From: a virus | Taxonomy: Duplodnaviria; Caudoviricetes | Length of the DNA: 32,837 nucleotides | IMG/VR virus record: IMGVR_UViG_3300025608_000002 | Coordinates: 1 to 32,837 of that record | Direction: 5' to 3' (one strand) | Part shown: in pieces, positions 7,753 through 17,826 of the stretch | Layout: each line of letters opens with the position of its first letter | Numbering within the stretch: the stretch's first letter is position 1 | Translations under genes and position numbers: made by a program | The notes under the pieces: model-generated | What the model was told of the DNA's origin: nothing | The model's database searches: none | The model's input: only the letters and a program-made list of their open reading frames with translations

Positions 7753-8087
7753 TATAGTATTACAAAGTCGTTATCGTATCCCGTTTGAGATACATATTCA
7801 TCTTTATTTATAAAGAACTTATCTAGTTCTGTTTGATCTGTACAGTATATTAAGCCTCTATAAAGCTCATCAGAGCCTTCCTTTACTCTAAATGAGTATT
7901 GAGTACCTTCCTTAAGAGAAAAGCTCGCAGAAAGCACCATAAAGTCTCCATCGGTAGTTTTAACTACAGGAATAGTCTCGGTAGTTCTGCTAGTTTTATC
8001 TGTCAATGTAAAAACAGGAGTAGAGGTATCTCTTCTGGCTGCCACCTTAATTGACTGTGTGTTTGTTGATGTCGTTAGTATGTGCAT
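7752..8087 (-). CDS. Hypothetical beta-rich virion protein
   Basis: Ig-like alternating pattern within the structural module; ATG 8087 (MHIL) preferred. Confidence 0.6.
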   Translation of the reverse strand: MHILTTSTNTQSIKVAARRDTSTPVFTLTDKTSRTTETIPVVKTTDGDFMVLSASFSLKEGTQYSFRVKEGSDELYRGLIYCTDQTELDKFFINKDEYVSQTGYDNDFVIL

Positions 8088-8094
8088 AAACAAA

Positions 8095-8117
8095 TAACTA
8101 AAAGTGTATATTCTGTT
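8095..8117 (-). promoter_or_regulatory. Candidate late (ECF-type) promoter
   Basis: AAC-N16-GTTA directly after the terminator and 7 nt before ATG 8087. Confidence 0.55.
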
Positions 8118-8128
8118 TTAAAGATACG

Positions 8129-8158
8129 AAAAAGGGGCATACTTTCGTACACCCCCTT
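8129..8158 (-). terminator. Intrinsic terminator
   Basis: GGGGTGTAC-GAAA-GTATGCCCC followed by U5. Confidence 0.85.
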
Positions 8159-8178
8159 CCTAATAAAGTCAACTATTA

Positions 8179-8763
8179 TTATACCGCAGTTGGTGCGCCA
8201 ATAACAATATCTCCAGTTAATGCAGCCATTTCACTTACAGGGAAAGTAGCTGATGTAGCATCAACCTCAACAAAGTTTGCTGGGGATTTTTCCATTGCAG
8301 TAAAGGTTAGGTTATAACCGTTGAAATCACCTAAAGCATTTCCAGTAGAAACAGTACCAGCAGTTACGTCTGCACCATTCTCTTTACCCATTAAGAATAC
8401 GTTGTCGTTTTGGTCAACAATAAAGATGTGTGGTCTTCCTGCTGCCAATAACTTCAATTCTTTGTGGTCTTCTTTAGTTAATTTCTTCAAAGTAATGTTA
8501 AGAACCTGCTCATAGAATACAGTACCATTCTCACGAGATGCATTGACGGTAGTTTCAAATGAGTTATTCCCTTTTACTTCGTAAGTAAATAGAGTTAACG
8601 AATTATCGACAGCACCAATTGTAGTTCCTGCCATATCAGTAATTTCATCATCTACGGAGGTGATAGTTCCTAACGTTCCGAAGTCTGCGAAATATATTTT
8701 TTTGATTCCTGCTACTGTGTCTTTACACGCTTCAGCACGAGATCGAGTTAAATTACAAGCCAT
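8179..8763 (-). CDS. Putative major tail tube protein
   Basis: MACNLT..CKDTVAGIKKIYF..ENGTVFYEQVL..GDFNGYNLTFTAME; follows the capsid gene and has its own terminator. Confidence 0.6.
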   Translation of the reverse strand: MACNLTRSRAEACKDTVAGIKKIYFADFGTLGTITSVDDEITDMAGTTIGAVDNSLTLFTYEVKGNNSFETTVNASRENGTVFYEQVLNITLKKLTKEDHKELKLLAAGRPHIFIVDQNDNVFLMGKENGADVTAGTVSTGNALGDFNGYNLTFTAMEKSPANFVEVDATSATFPVSEMAALTGDIVIGAPTAV

Positions 8764-8780
8764 AGTTTTTGTGTTTAATG

Positions 8781-8817
8781 AAAAAAGGGCAGGTAGGCTA
8801 TGTGCTTACCCACCCTT
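8781..8817 (-). terminator. Intrinsic terminator after the major capsid gene
   Basis: AAGGGTGGGTAAGC-ACATA-GCCTACCTGCCCTT stem followed by a U tract. Confidence 0.8.
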
Positions 8818-8839
8818 AATTCTGAATTATTGTTTGTTT

Positions 8840-9823
8840 TTAGTTAGCAGAGTTTGGAATACCGTAAGTAACGATATCTTCAACGTTTGCATACTGTACA
8901 CCAGCTGTAAATCGCATAACGATTCTAGCGTTTTGACTTCCATCTAGGTCAGCCATATCTAGCAATTTAACTTCGTTGTGGTCAGCGATTAAGCCTGTTC
9001 CGAAGAATAAGTTAGATTTAGTAGTGGCGATAGCGTCATTGCTTGCTAATCCGTTAGCAACAAAGATTTTTACACCATCGATTTCTAATCCACCATTCTG
9101 ATACCACATAGTACCCTGTCCTCCGATACCGTTAGCTCCGATAGAACCTACATTATCGTCTCCTGCTGCATTTTGTACTGCTGCAAATCCGCCTAAAGCT
9201 CTGATATAAGCTCTAGCGATGTTTTGAGATACATAGATGTAAAGGTCTTCAGCTCCGTATAAAGAATCTGGAATAGCGTCTACGATTTTCCCTAATTCTG
9301 CAACTACATTAGCAGATGTGATAGTAGCTCCTGCAACTTCTTGTGCAGCAGGTAGATCAGCATCAGCAGCTAATAGAGTAGAGAATCCGTCAAACTGTCC
9401 GTTTGTAGCAGTTGATCCAGCCCAGATAGACTTTTCAGTACGCTCCGCTACTTTAGCAGCGATGTGTCCTAAGATAAAGTCAGCGAAGCTAGGTGGTACA
9501 TTGTGATAAGCAGAGTAGCCCATCTGTACAGCTTCCCAGTCAGAAGCGAAGTCTTTCTTACAGATTTGTAAGTTTACTTGCTGCTCTTCAGGAGTAAGGA
9601 TTTTTTCGGTTAAAGTCAATGTAGATGTTGGGTCAAAGTCACAAGATGCGTCTTTTACGATGTCATCAACAGATACTTTCTTTAGTACCTCTTTGAATTT
9701 AACATTTGGTTTAATTGTAATACCGCCTTTTGCAAGGGTATTAGCTTCTAGTAAAGCTGCAGCAACGTATTGTCCTGCAAATTCACCAGCATAAGTAGTT
9801 GTAATTGAAGTAGTTGTAGCCAT
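8840..9823 (-). CDS. Major capsid protein
   Basis: TTYAGEFAGQYVAAALL, LQICKKDFASDW, DMADLDGSQNARIVMRFTAGVQY; follows the scaffold gene and has a terminator. Confidence 0.8.
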   Translation of the reverse strand: MATTTSITTTYAGEFAGQYVAAALLEANTLAKGGITIKPNVKFKEVLKKVSVDDIVKDASCDFDPTSTLTLTEKILTPEEQQVNLQICKKDFASDWEAVQMGYSAYHNVPPSFADFILGHIAAKVAERTEKSIWAGSTATNGQFDGFSTLLAADADLPAAQEVAGATITSANVVAELGKIVDAIPDSLYGAEDLYIYVSQNIARAYIRALGGFAAVQNAAGDDNVGSIGANGIGGQGTMWYQNGGLEIDGVKIFVANGLASNDAIATTKSNLFFGTGLIADHNEVKLLDMADLDGSQNARIVMRFTAGVQYANVEDIVTYGIPNSAN

Positions 9824-9829
9824 TATTGG

Positions 9830-10336
9830 TTAGTTTTGATTGTTTAATCGGTTAAATACTCTGTCTAATGTGTTTTGTGATCTCTGCATTCCGAAGTTAT
9901 AGACTGGTTTCTTTTCGGTAGCAGCTTCTGGAGTGTGGTTAATTGCTTCAGCAGCAGGTTCAGCAGAAAGTTTTTCCATTTGAGAAGATAATTCCTCTAG
10001 TTCTTTCTTGTAACCCATTTCGCTATCTAACATTTTTGCCATTTCAGCCATTTTGGCTTCCATTTCAGCAATCTTAGATGCAAATGCTTCTTCAGTAACA
10101 TAACCTTCCATAAGTTGAGTCTCCTCTGTTTCTAGTTCAGCTTCTTCAGATAGTTCTTCAGTAGCCTCTTCTACAGATTCTTCAACTTCAGCAGCAGCCT
10201 CCACCTCTTCGGTAGGAGTTTCTTCTGTTACAGCTTCTAATTCAGTTGTCTCTTCGACTACTGTTTCAGGTTCTGCAATAGAGGACAGCTTCTGCAAGAT
10301 TTCATTTAGAATTGTTGTTGCTTTTGGACTGTTCAT
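9830..10336 (-). CDS. Capsid scaffolding protein
   Basis: Very acidic coiled coil ending in a short basic helix (TLDRVFNRL), directly upstream of the capsid gene. Confidence 0.65.
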   Translation of the reverse strand: MNSPKATTILNEILQKLSSIAEPETVVEETTELEAVTEETPTEEVEAAAEVEESVEEATEELSEEAELETEETQLMEGYVTEEAFASKIAEMEAKMAEMAKMLDSEMGYKKELEELSSQMEKLSAEPAAEAINHTPEAATEKKPVYNFGMQRSQNTLDRVFNRLNNQN

Positions 10337-10357
10337 TTTACGAATAATTTTAAGTAG

Positions 10358-10380
10358 TAATGGTTAATATGCTGTCTGTT
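10358..10380 (-). promoter_or_regulatory. Candidate late (ECF-type) promoter
   Basis: AAC-N16-ATTA upstream of the scaffold and capsid genes. Confidence 0.45.
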
Positions 10381-10390
10381 CGATTTTTAA

Positions 10391-10864
10391 CTATGCTTTT
10401 TGTTGAATAATGAACCATTCAGTTCCATTTCCCCAAACTTTTATACCTTCATACTCTCTATTTAGGTCAAATGCATCATTAGCTCCGTCCAGCGTTTGAG
10501 AGCCGAAAGGAGTTAGATTTGCGTGAGTAGAGTTGTGGAATGTAGAATCTGTAATTATACGTTTAGCTCTGTTGAGGTTTTTAGCCAAAGTTACATCGGG
10601 AAGTGTGATAGTAGCTGTACCATTTCCGCCAACCCAGCTAAGCACAATAAGCTCTGCCTCGTCATAAGCTTCATCACCTAAGTCGTAAGTTCCCCCTGCA
10701 ACAACACTTAAAGTTGTTGGCTCTAGGTGATTCACAATAAATCGTTGCACATCTTCCAATGTTGTTTTCTTTGTTTCTGTAGATTGAACTAGAGCTATTT
10801 CGTTAGTTCCTACAATGTTTGCAGCCGTTACTGCTGTTAATTGTGATATTTTCTTATCTGCCAT
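10391..10864 (-). CDS. Putative head fibre/decoration protein
   Basis: MADKKISQL N-terminus and GNGTEWFII C-terminal beta domain. Confidence 0.55.
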   Translation of the reverse strand: MADKKISQLTAVTAANIVGTNEIALVQSTETKKTTLEDVQRFIVNHLEPTTLSVVAGGTYDLGDEAYDEAELIVLSWVGGNGTATITLPDVTLAKNLNRAKRIITDSTFHNSTHANLTPFGSQTLDGANDAFDLNREYEGIKVWGNGTEWFIIQQKA

Positions 10865-11115
10865 TATAAAATTATTTTATCGTTGTTTTCTTGTAGTATG
10901 AAATCTCCATTCTCTAGTAGTAGGTATGAATCACCGTTTGGTGGCGGATCAACTGGAGCTTCAGAAGGAGTACCTGTTATACTTCCTATTCCCTGTGCCT
11001 GTAAACTTCCGTCACAGCACTTAGATGAGTATGTGCGCCCATCAGCACATAAGCAGCCTCTTCTACCGCCCTTTCTACTGGTTCTGCTATATGTATACCT
11101 TCTTCTGCTTTTCAT
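10864..11115 (-). CDS. Small basic Cys-rich virion protein
   Basis: GCLCADGRTYSSKCCDGSLQAQGIG with C-terminal LLLENG/ILQEN repeats. Confidence 0.65.
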   Translation of the reverse strand: MKSRRRYTYSRTSRKGGRRGCLCADGRTYSSKCCDGSLQAQGIGSITGTPSEAPVDPPPNGDSYLLLENGDFILQENNDKIIL

Positions 11116-12029
11116 TATTTATCTAGTGAGTTAATTTTAGATTCAGACCAGCTTAAAGCTGATTTTCCACCCCAAGCATCGTACATTAGTTTGCCACACC
11201 CGTCAGAATAGCCTTTAGAAGCCTTTAGATCGCCTTTATGGCGGGAAAGGTAGCTGTACATCCTTTTGATGGTAGACACGCTTATAGCCTCTCTATTGGC
11301 TAACTGGGACGCTCTACGTTTCCCTACAGCAGTTCCACAGCTTCCCCAACCATTCTCTTCAGCCCATTCTAAGGCTCTCTTAGCGTTGTTTGATACAGAG
11401 TCTGGATAATCGCTGTATGAGGCTAGGTTAAGCATCTTAGATTCTAGTGCGTCAGAAATCTCCTCTAACAATGAGATAGCTTCTGGGCTGTTTAGCTCAT
11501 CATCCTGACTCATCTCAACTCGGTCAGTAAAGTATCCCTCAATAGAGAATCCAGATACCCGACCTGTTTTAACGTAATCTTCCCATACCTCATCATTGTT
11601 AACTTTCATAGAAACCATCCACGTACCTACTGGTAAATTCATTCCGTACTTTCTGGACTTATCGTGCGTTTCATCTTCTATAATCCAAGACTCTACTACA
11701 GATAATCCGTGAAGGTCTGCCTGATGTTCTAAGGTAGATTTGTTTTGGTTACCTCGCATTAAGAATAGTTCTGACGCCTGACGGACAGTATCGTCCGAGA
11801 AGAAGATGTAATACTCTTCATCCTCATTTTGGCGATAGATATTCTTATTTGGAATCAAAGCTGCACCCATAAGTATTCGCTTCTCTTCGTCAACCTTAGC
11901 TAACTCTACCTTATCTTCTTTAGATAAAGCGATAAAGTGTTCTTCGATTGCTGGGCGATCAACTATGCTGATTGCCTCTATTCCTGAAAGCATTGCTTCC
12001 TCATCGATGATTAATTCTACTATTCTCAT
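11115..12029 (-). CDS. Prohead protease, XkdF-like serine protease with an extra C-terminal domain
   Basis: EEKRILMGAALIPNK, STLEH, VVESWII, LPVGTWMVSMKV, SGFSIEGYF. Confidence 0.8.
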   Translation of the reverse strand: MRIVELIIDEEAMLSGIEAISIVDRPAIEEHFIALSKEDKVELAKVDEEKRILMGAALIPNKNIYRQNEDEEYYIFFSDDTVRQASELFLMRGNQNKSTLEHQADLHGLSVVESWIIEDETHDKSRKYGMNLPVGTWMVSMKVNNDEVWEDYVKTGRVSGFSIEGYFTDRVEMSQDDELNSPEAISLLEEISDALESKMLNLASYSDYPDSVSNNAKRALEWAEENGWGSCGTAVGKRRASQLANREAISVSTIKRMYSYLSRHKGDLKASKGYSDGCGKLMYDAWGGKSALSWSESKINSLDK

Positions 12030-14266
12030 ATTCCTGCTGTATTTATTAGATTTCTATCAAACTCCTGTTGGTTGGTAACGTCTTTACCTACAACGTATGC
12101 TTTTATTGGTTCGTTTGTTTGTCCTGCTACTGTTTGCGCCAACTGATTTGTTTCAGATGCACCTACAACATTGAAGTCAGGCGCTTGTACACTAACACCA
12201 CCTCCAGCTGAATCGGCAGAACCTCCTTTACCTATTAATTTATACTGACTGTAACCTGTTGCAGCAATAGCACCTACAGCTAGAGCAGCACCAATTGTAT
12301 TTCTAGTTTTCTGTGCAGCACCTAATGCTGAAATTGCAGCCATTTCGGGCGCAGCAGCAGGTATTACTCCTCCGTACCTAGCCAAAGTAGCTGAAGCAGC
12401 AGCAACAGTATTAGAGGTTATCATAGCGTTAGCTGCATTAGCCTTAAACACAACGTCAGCTATAGCAGCTCCCTTCTCAAATATTAAAGCTGCTTTCTGA
12501 AGAGCCTCGTTTTCGCCTGCTAAATTAGAAAGTATTGTCTGCATAGATTGTGCAAACCCAATGTACTGTTGATTTATCCGCATCTTCTCATCAGCGACAG
12601 ACTTTTCTTTCGCCACTTCGTTTGATAAGAATTGTTGCTTTGCAGCGAATAGACGAGCTTCAGCCTGCGTTCTCTGTAAAGTTCCTTCTTCTGTTGCATC
12701 AGATAATCGCTGTTGAAGTTGTACTTCTTTAAGTAAAAGTTCAGACCTTTTGTTATAAAAAGCTAATTCAGCTGAAAATCCAATTTTAAGAGTATCAACC
12801 CTTCTCATTTCAAGACTTCGCTCTAAGTCTATCATTTTTTCAGTATCTACCCTAGACGCTTCTGCATCTTTTCGTATCTGAATAGTTCTTAGCGAGGATA
12901 TAAAATTAAGAACTTCTACCTCTAAAGATTTTCTTTTCTCTGCTGCATCCTCTATTGACTTCAGGTATTCTGCGTCTGCATCAGTTGACAATACATCTGC
13001 TTCCTCTTGCGTTATATTTCCAGACTTAACATCTTGTGCCAATTGATCTTTATAGTCAGCTAGTCTCAACTGTTGCTTACGAACAAATGTTTCTTCTAGT
13101 ATATCAATCTTAGCCATCTCATTTTGTTGAGTCTGTGCTAAAATTTCCTCATCAGTAAGTAATTCCGATTTCTGTGCTTTCTCTCTGTATCTCTGTTCTA
13201 TCTTCTCAAAGTCAGTAAATTTAGCCTCAAATATTTTAACCTGAAATTCTTTTGACTTTTTAGCTCCATTATCAACTTCTAAATTGAATAATTCTTCAAT
13301 CTTTATTCTTTTTCTAGTTAATTGAAGATATTTACTATTAACTGTAGCAAATAATTGTGAGCCTTCTTGAATGATCTTCTGACCATCTTCATTAACTGCG
13401 TTTAGTCTAGCCTCTACGATAGCTATTTCTTTTCTAACTCCTAACAGTTCTCCAAACTTAACTCTAAGCTCATCGGCAGCTTCAGCACCTTTTAATGTTC
13501 TTTCAGGATCAAATGTTTTGTCAAAACCTTCAGAAATAGTTAATATAGCTCCTTCTTCTATAGCTTCTAAGGCTTTAGCATACATAGAAGCTGACTCGGC
13601 TAGTAACATATTAGCGTCAGCACCTAACCTACCTATATTTCCATATTTCTGTACTGCACCAGTTAGCCTTTCGAATGAGTCTATCTGTTTATCTATACTT
13701 TTAGTAGCCTCGTCTATTGCTTTCTGAAATTTACTGGCTTCCTTTGCTGATACAGAGAAAAATGCTGCTATTTTGTCTCCATAAGCAATTAGCAACTGAA
13801 CTCCAATTAATATACCGCCAGTACCTAGTAGTGAATTAGCTAAGTTACGAAGAGAAGTTCCTACATTATCGCTAGTGTTTATAAGCGATCCGAATAAACT
13901 AGCTAACTGACCAACGTTGTTCGCCACACCATTAAAACCAAATCTAAGGTCAGATGCTGCTCGACCTGCTTCCTGTAAGATAGCGTTATTCAGACCAACC
14001 TGCGTTCTAAATTGTTTAGTTCCAGCTCCTGCTTGCAAATTTGCTGCTGCTAATGCTTTTATTTCAGCAATTTGCTCCTTCTTTTTTAGTTTCGAAGTTT
14101 CCTCGACTACAGCAGCTTCTTTTTGTTCTTTTGTATAAAGCTCTACCGATGATGAAAGTCCATCTGTTGCAGAAGAAAGATCGTTTGTAGCTCCCTTTAA
14201 GCCCTTTATATTAGCCTCTGCTTTTCCAGAGTTTACATTTATGCTAATTAATATTTCTTGCGCCAT
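12026..14266 (-). CDS. Tail tape measure protein
   Basis: 746-aa helical Ala/Glu/Lys-rich protein; C-terminal APDFNVVGAS..IKAYVVGKDVT. Confidence 0.8.
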   Translation of the reverse strand: MAQEILISINVNSGKAEANIKGLKGATNDLSSATDGLSSSVELYTKEQKEAAVVEETSKLKKKEQIAEIKALAAANLQAGAGTKQFRTQVGLNNAILQEAGRAASDLRFGFNGVANNVGQLASLFGSLINTSDNVGTSLRNLANSLLGTGGILIGVQLLIAYGDKIAAFFSVSAKEASKFQKAIDEATKSIDKQIDSFERLTGAVQKYGNIGRLGADANMLLAESASMYAKALEAIEEGAILTISEGFDKTFDPERTLKGAEAADELRVKFGELLGVRKEIAIVEARLNAVNEDGQKIIQEGSQLFATVNSKYLQLTRKRIKIEELFNLEVDNGAKKSKEFQVKIFEAKFTDFEKIEQRYREKAQKSELLTDEEILAQTQQNEMAKIDILEETFVRKQQLRLADYKDQLAQDVKSGNITQEEADVLSTDADAEYLKSIEDAAEKRKSLEVEVLNFISSLRTIQIRKDAEASRVDTEKMIDLERSLEMRRVDTLKIGFSAELAFYNKRSELLLKEVQLQQRLSDATEEGTLQRTQAEARLFAAKQQFLSNEVAKEKSVADEKMRINQQYIGFAQSMQTILSNLAGENEALQKAALIFEKGAAIADVVFKANAANAMITSNTVAAASATLARYGGVIPAAAPEMAAISALGAAQKTRNTIGAALAVGAIAATGYSQYKLIGKGGSADSAGGGVSVQAPDFNVVGASETNQLAQTVAGQTNEPIKAYVVGKDVTNQQEFDRNLINTAGI

Positions 14267-14402
14267 AGTAAGTACGTTTTAGTGTTTGTTTAAGTTCCTT
14301 TGCGTCTTTAACCGCCTTATACTTGCCTTTGGCAATATCTATATTCTCTGACACCCCATACCAATCATCTGTATTGAGTAATTCTAGTATATTTTTTATC
14401 AT
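14244..14402 (-). CDS. 52-aa hypothetical protein, not in the ORF track
   Basis: MIKNILELLNTDDWYGVSENIDIAKGKYKAVKDAKELKQTLKRTYYGARNIN; overlaps both neighbours. Confidence 0.7.
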   Translation of the reverse strand: MIKNILELLNTDDWYGVSENIDIAKGKYKAVKDAKELKQTLKRTYYGARNIN

Positions 14403-16702
14403 TCTACGATTTCTTCTGCATTAAGGTTTATCAGTTCTAATGTTGACTTACCTGTGGTTAAATTTGTAGTTATAGAATTAATGCGATACACCACATCTTG
14501 TATCTTAAGCTGGTCATTCAATTTGTAATGAATTAAGAAACTAGGAGGTAAGTACGCCTCAAACTTAAATATTCTTTTATTTTGATCGAATACACTTATT
14601 ATGTAGTTTCGATAAAATAACTCGAATAATGAGTTTAAATTCTCCTGACCAGTAAACTCATCTATTTCTGAATCGAAGTTAAGGCTGAAATCTGCTGGAT
14701 TTTCATTATCTAAAGCAGTTTCATTTGTGTTAGAAGGTCTATAGTAATTACTAACTAAACTAGCTGTAGAACTAGAATCATCGCTAAAATTTATATTATT
14801 TGTTATGCCTGTCTGCCTAACTCCATAGAATAGCAATGGCTTTATGTTGGTAGAGTTGTAGTTTCCTTTTGGCGGAACTATATCATTAGTGTTACTATAA
14901 TTCGAATCTTCAGCGTTAAAATCACCGCCAGCAGCATAACCCCATTGTATATCCGTACCCAACAATCTTTCATACTTCAGCTTAGAAAATGGCACCTTTA
15001 TTTCGTATTTATTACCAAAGAAAAAGTCTGGATAAAGAGTCTGTACGGATAGGTTGGAATCACCAAAAGATATTCCTGCCAACTGCTTATGGTTTTCATT
15101 TATTATAGTATCTGTTTCCTCAAACTTAAAATCTATCTCATTGAACGGCAGAGATGTGCTTACCGTATGACTATTTACGTTTATATACTTACTTATATCT
15201 ATAATACCACCAGATTGATTATTTACTGCATCAGCATAATACTCATCTAAAGTCACAACTTTAACTACAGGCTTTCCTTGGTTATTTGGCGGATCGTATT
15301 CTGGGTCGTTTTCATCATCTATATAATACGCTGTTAGATTGAACATCTTAAATAATCCTGTGAGGAAGTCTAAAACCTTTATGTCGGGTAAATGATTGCT
15401 TATCGCAACCTTAGCTGTATCACTATCTATAATAGCACCAGAAGTGTATCTAGCTCTATCAAAACCAGTTTCAAATCCACCGCCACCTTCTCTAGCCATA
15501 AATTTTATTTCCGTATCTTGCATTGGAGTTTCGGAATATATCTCGACAGTATATCTCAAATCATAAGTTCCATCAATGACGTAAGGTATGCCAGCTCTAA
15601 AATCTTTATCTCCTGACCCCTCAAATGTTTGACTTGTTCCATTATCAGATCGTGTTAGTTTTATTCTATAATTAACATTGCTGTAGGATGAATCTGGTCT
15701 AACCTCAATAAAGAACTTAGTTTTTATAACTCCATTTAGCTGAATTATAGATATCGGCCATTTCCCTATAACTATCTCATCGCCATCAGCACTAAGATAA
15801 TTAGTGTTTGTTTCAGATGCAACAAATGTCCAAGAATCTACCTTAGCTTTATATATATACTCATCATCGCCTAATTCTCCTGTTATGTTTCCAGAACTAT
15901 TGCTGACCCATAAGTAAAGATTGGCGAATGCTTCATTCTCTTTGGAAAAGAAGTCTTTTGTTCCAGCAGAATCACTAGGTATAAAATTTATATTATACTT
16001 CTCTTCTATCGCTTTTATAATGTGATATACTTTTATAGCTGGCTTTAAGTCTTCTGGCTTAACACCTCTCTTGTGATATTGATCTGTATCATATCCAACT
16101 GAAGGAATAAATACATTGCCATCAAAATTCTTAGAATCAGTATTCCCTATTCCGCTATCATAGAATAGCCTCTTCTTAGATGTTATTAGAGGGTATATTA
16201 GTGCTGAATTGTCGGAAAACACCTGCAAACCCTCTCCCTCAAATATACCCTTAACATTATCATATGAGAAATCGTGATCAAAGTTAAGCAATCCCTTAGT
16301 CTGATCTGTGTAGTCGTTTAAGGAAATTAGTTTATCATCGCCAAACAAATCGGTTAATGATACCGTATTTCCGAAGAAGGTAACATTATAGGTATGCGGA
16401 ACATTGTTCTTCATATTAACGCCATTTAAGAATATCTTACCTTTCTTAAACAATAGGCTGTTTATATATATTTTAGCTTCGTGGCGTACCCTACCATCAA
16501 ATCCACCAGATATATTGAAGTTATAGAAGTGCTTAAATATCTTATTGTTTTCAGCAGAGGCTGGTAAGGCAAAAGACTGACTGTAATCAGTAAACACTTT
16601 GCTTATATCTTTAGCATCCTGAATCGAAGAAGTGACTTCAATACTCTCATCTTTGAACAGATCAATTCTTTGATCCTCTATATATATCTGTACTTCTCTC
16701 AT
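14399..16702 (-). CDS. Large tail tip/hub protein
   Basis: IDLFKDESIEVTSSIQDAKDISKVFTDYSQSF..YRINSITTNLTTGKSTLELIN; adjacent to the tape measure gene. Confidence 0.7.
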   Translation of the reverse strand: MREVQIYIEDQRIDLFKDESIEVTSSIQDAKDISKVFTDYSQSFALPASAENNKIFKHFYNFNISGGFDGRVRHEAKIYINSLLFKKGKIFLNGVNMKNNVPHTYNVTFFGNTVSLTDLFGDDKLISLNDYTDQTKGLLNFDHDFSYDNVKGIFEGEGLQVFSDNSALIYPLITSKKRLFYDSGIGNTDSKNFDGNVFIPSVGYDTDQYHKRGVKPEDLKPAIKVYHIIKAIEEKYNINFIPSDSAGTKDFFSKENEAFANLYLWVSNSSGNITGELGDDEYIYKAKVDSWTFVASETNTNYLSADGDEIVIGKWPISIIQLNGVIKTKFFIEVRPDSSYSNVNYRIKLTRSDNGTSQTFEGSGDKDFRAGIPYVIDGTYDLRYTVEIYSETPMQDTEIKFMAREGGGGFETGFDRARYTSGAIIDSDTAKVAISNHLPDIKVLDFLTGLFKMFNLTAYYIDDENDPEYDPPNNQGKPVVKVVTLDEYYADAVNNQSGGIIDISKYINVNSHTVSTSLPFNEIDFKFEETDTIINENHKQLAGISFGDSNLSVQTLYPDFFFGNKYEIKVPFSKLKYERLLGTDIQWGYAAGGDFNAEDSNYSNTNDIVPPKGNYNSTNIKPLLFYGVRQTGITNNINFSDDSSSTASLVSNYYRPSNTNETALDNENPADFSLNFDSEIDEFTGQENLNSLFELFYRNYIISVFDQNKRIFKFEAYLPPSFLIHYKLNDQLKIQDVVYRINSITTNLTTGKSTLELINLNAEEIVE

Positions 16703-17817
16703 TAACGAATGCTTTGTATAAATTCAGAATCCATCTCAAACTGTAGTTCGTAATTGATAAGTTTGTCGTCTCTTCTAGTTTTAAAGTCTAGGGAGCTAGT
16801 TACTACACTTATCGGTATGGCTAAGTTGGCACCTGCATTAGTTGGGCTAAGTCTATAGTTATCGTGAATGTATACGTACTCCGAAACTAGCAACTGTTTC
16901 AAAACCTCATTATAACTCTCATCTATAAAACCAGTATTCATTGTGATAGATTCTCTACCCTGATTCTCTAAGTATACTCTCTGGTGATCAGATATGTTAT
17001 ATGAAGCTCCGTTTGCGCCAACTGAAAGAGTATTCTTTTTGTACTGCTCTCTTTGCGAAGACATACTGTCCTTACGTTTGGCGAAGAACCATATATCTTG
17101 CATTACACCAAATTTATTTATAAAGGATACCTTATGTGGTATATTCTTGCATTCATCAATACACTTAACTTCAATACTCTTTGAACCTCCACTAGCTGTA
17201 GCATACTGTATAGCGGTTATTCCATCTATAATTTCAGCAACATCTGTTGAGTCTTCTGGATTAGAAGCTACTGAAGCAGTCTTATCTATTTTTATAACGC
17301 TACCAGACGGATTAAGGCGTATGCTTTGGGCTACAGTATAAGGGCTAGCACTACCAGTCACCAAACTTCCTGCTTCAGCAGCATCAGCAGCGTAAGTAAT
17401 TTGAGTTACACCGTCATCACCTCTAGTATAAAATGGTATTGTCAAAGGGTGTCCGCAATAGTTATGCACAACTGTATTTGATATCAGCAAATCTTTAGAT
17501 AGCTCTGGGTTTATTCCGTCTTCTAATTCGCCATAACCTCTAAACGCAATAGCATCTACTACATAGAAGTCCTCACTATCATCGTCATAAGTCCTAGTGA
17601 CTTTGTAATGCACCCATTTTGTCTGAACCAATGAATTGTAGTCGCCATTGAAAGATATAGTGACGTGATCCTTTATAAGTTCAGAAATCTCAAACACAAT
17701 AGATGTCTCTGTGGATAACTTAGTTTTCGTTAATGTGTAGTTAGGTGTGTCTGGAATAGCCTCTATGCTGCCACCATAAACGTACAACTCTAACTTAGCT
17801 TTTGTTAATTCTGCCAT
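16702..17817 (-). CDS. Tail (distal-tail-like) structural protein
   Basis: FINKFGVMQDIWF..ITMNTGFIDE..QLLVSEYV motif; tail module context. Confidence 0.65.
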   Translation of the reverse strand: MAELTKAKLELYVYGGSIEAIPDTPNYTLTKTKLSTETSIVFEISELIKDHVTISFNGDYNSLVQTKWVHYKVTRTYDDDSEDFYVVDAIAFRGYGELEDGINPELSKDLLISNTVVHNYCGHPLTIPFYTRGDDGVTQITYAADAAEAGSLVTGSASPYTVAQSIRLNPSGSVIKIDKTASVASNPEDSTDVAEIIDGITAIQYATASGGSKSIEVKCIDECKNIPHKVSFINKFGVMQDIWFFAKRKDSMSSQREQYKKNTLSVGANGASYNISDHQRVYLENQGRESITMNTGFIDESYNEVLKQLLVSEYVYIHDNYRLSPTNAGANLAIPISVVTSSLDFKTRRDDKLINYELQFEMDSEFIQSIR

Positions 17818-17826
17818 AGTATTTTT

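Noticed and set aside
17710-17718. Perfect DnaA box (TGTGGATAA)
   Set aside because: Single copy inside a tail gene; an isolated 9-mer is plausible by chance in an AT-rich 33-kb genome
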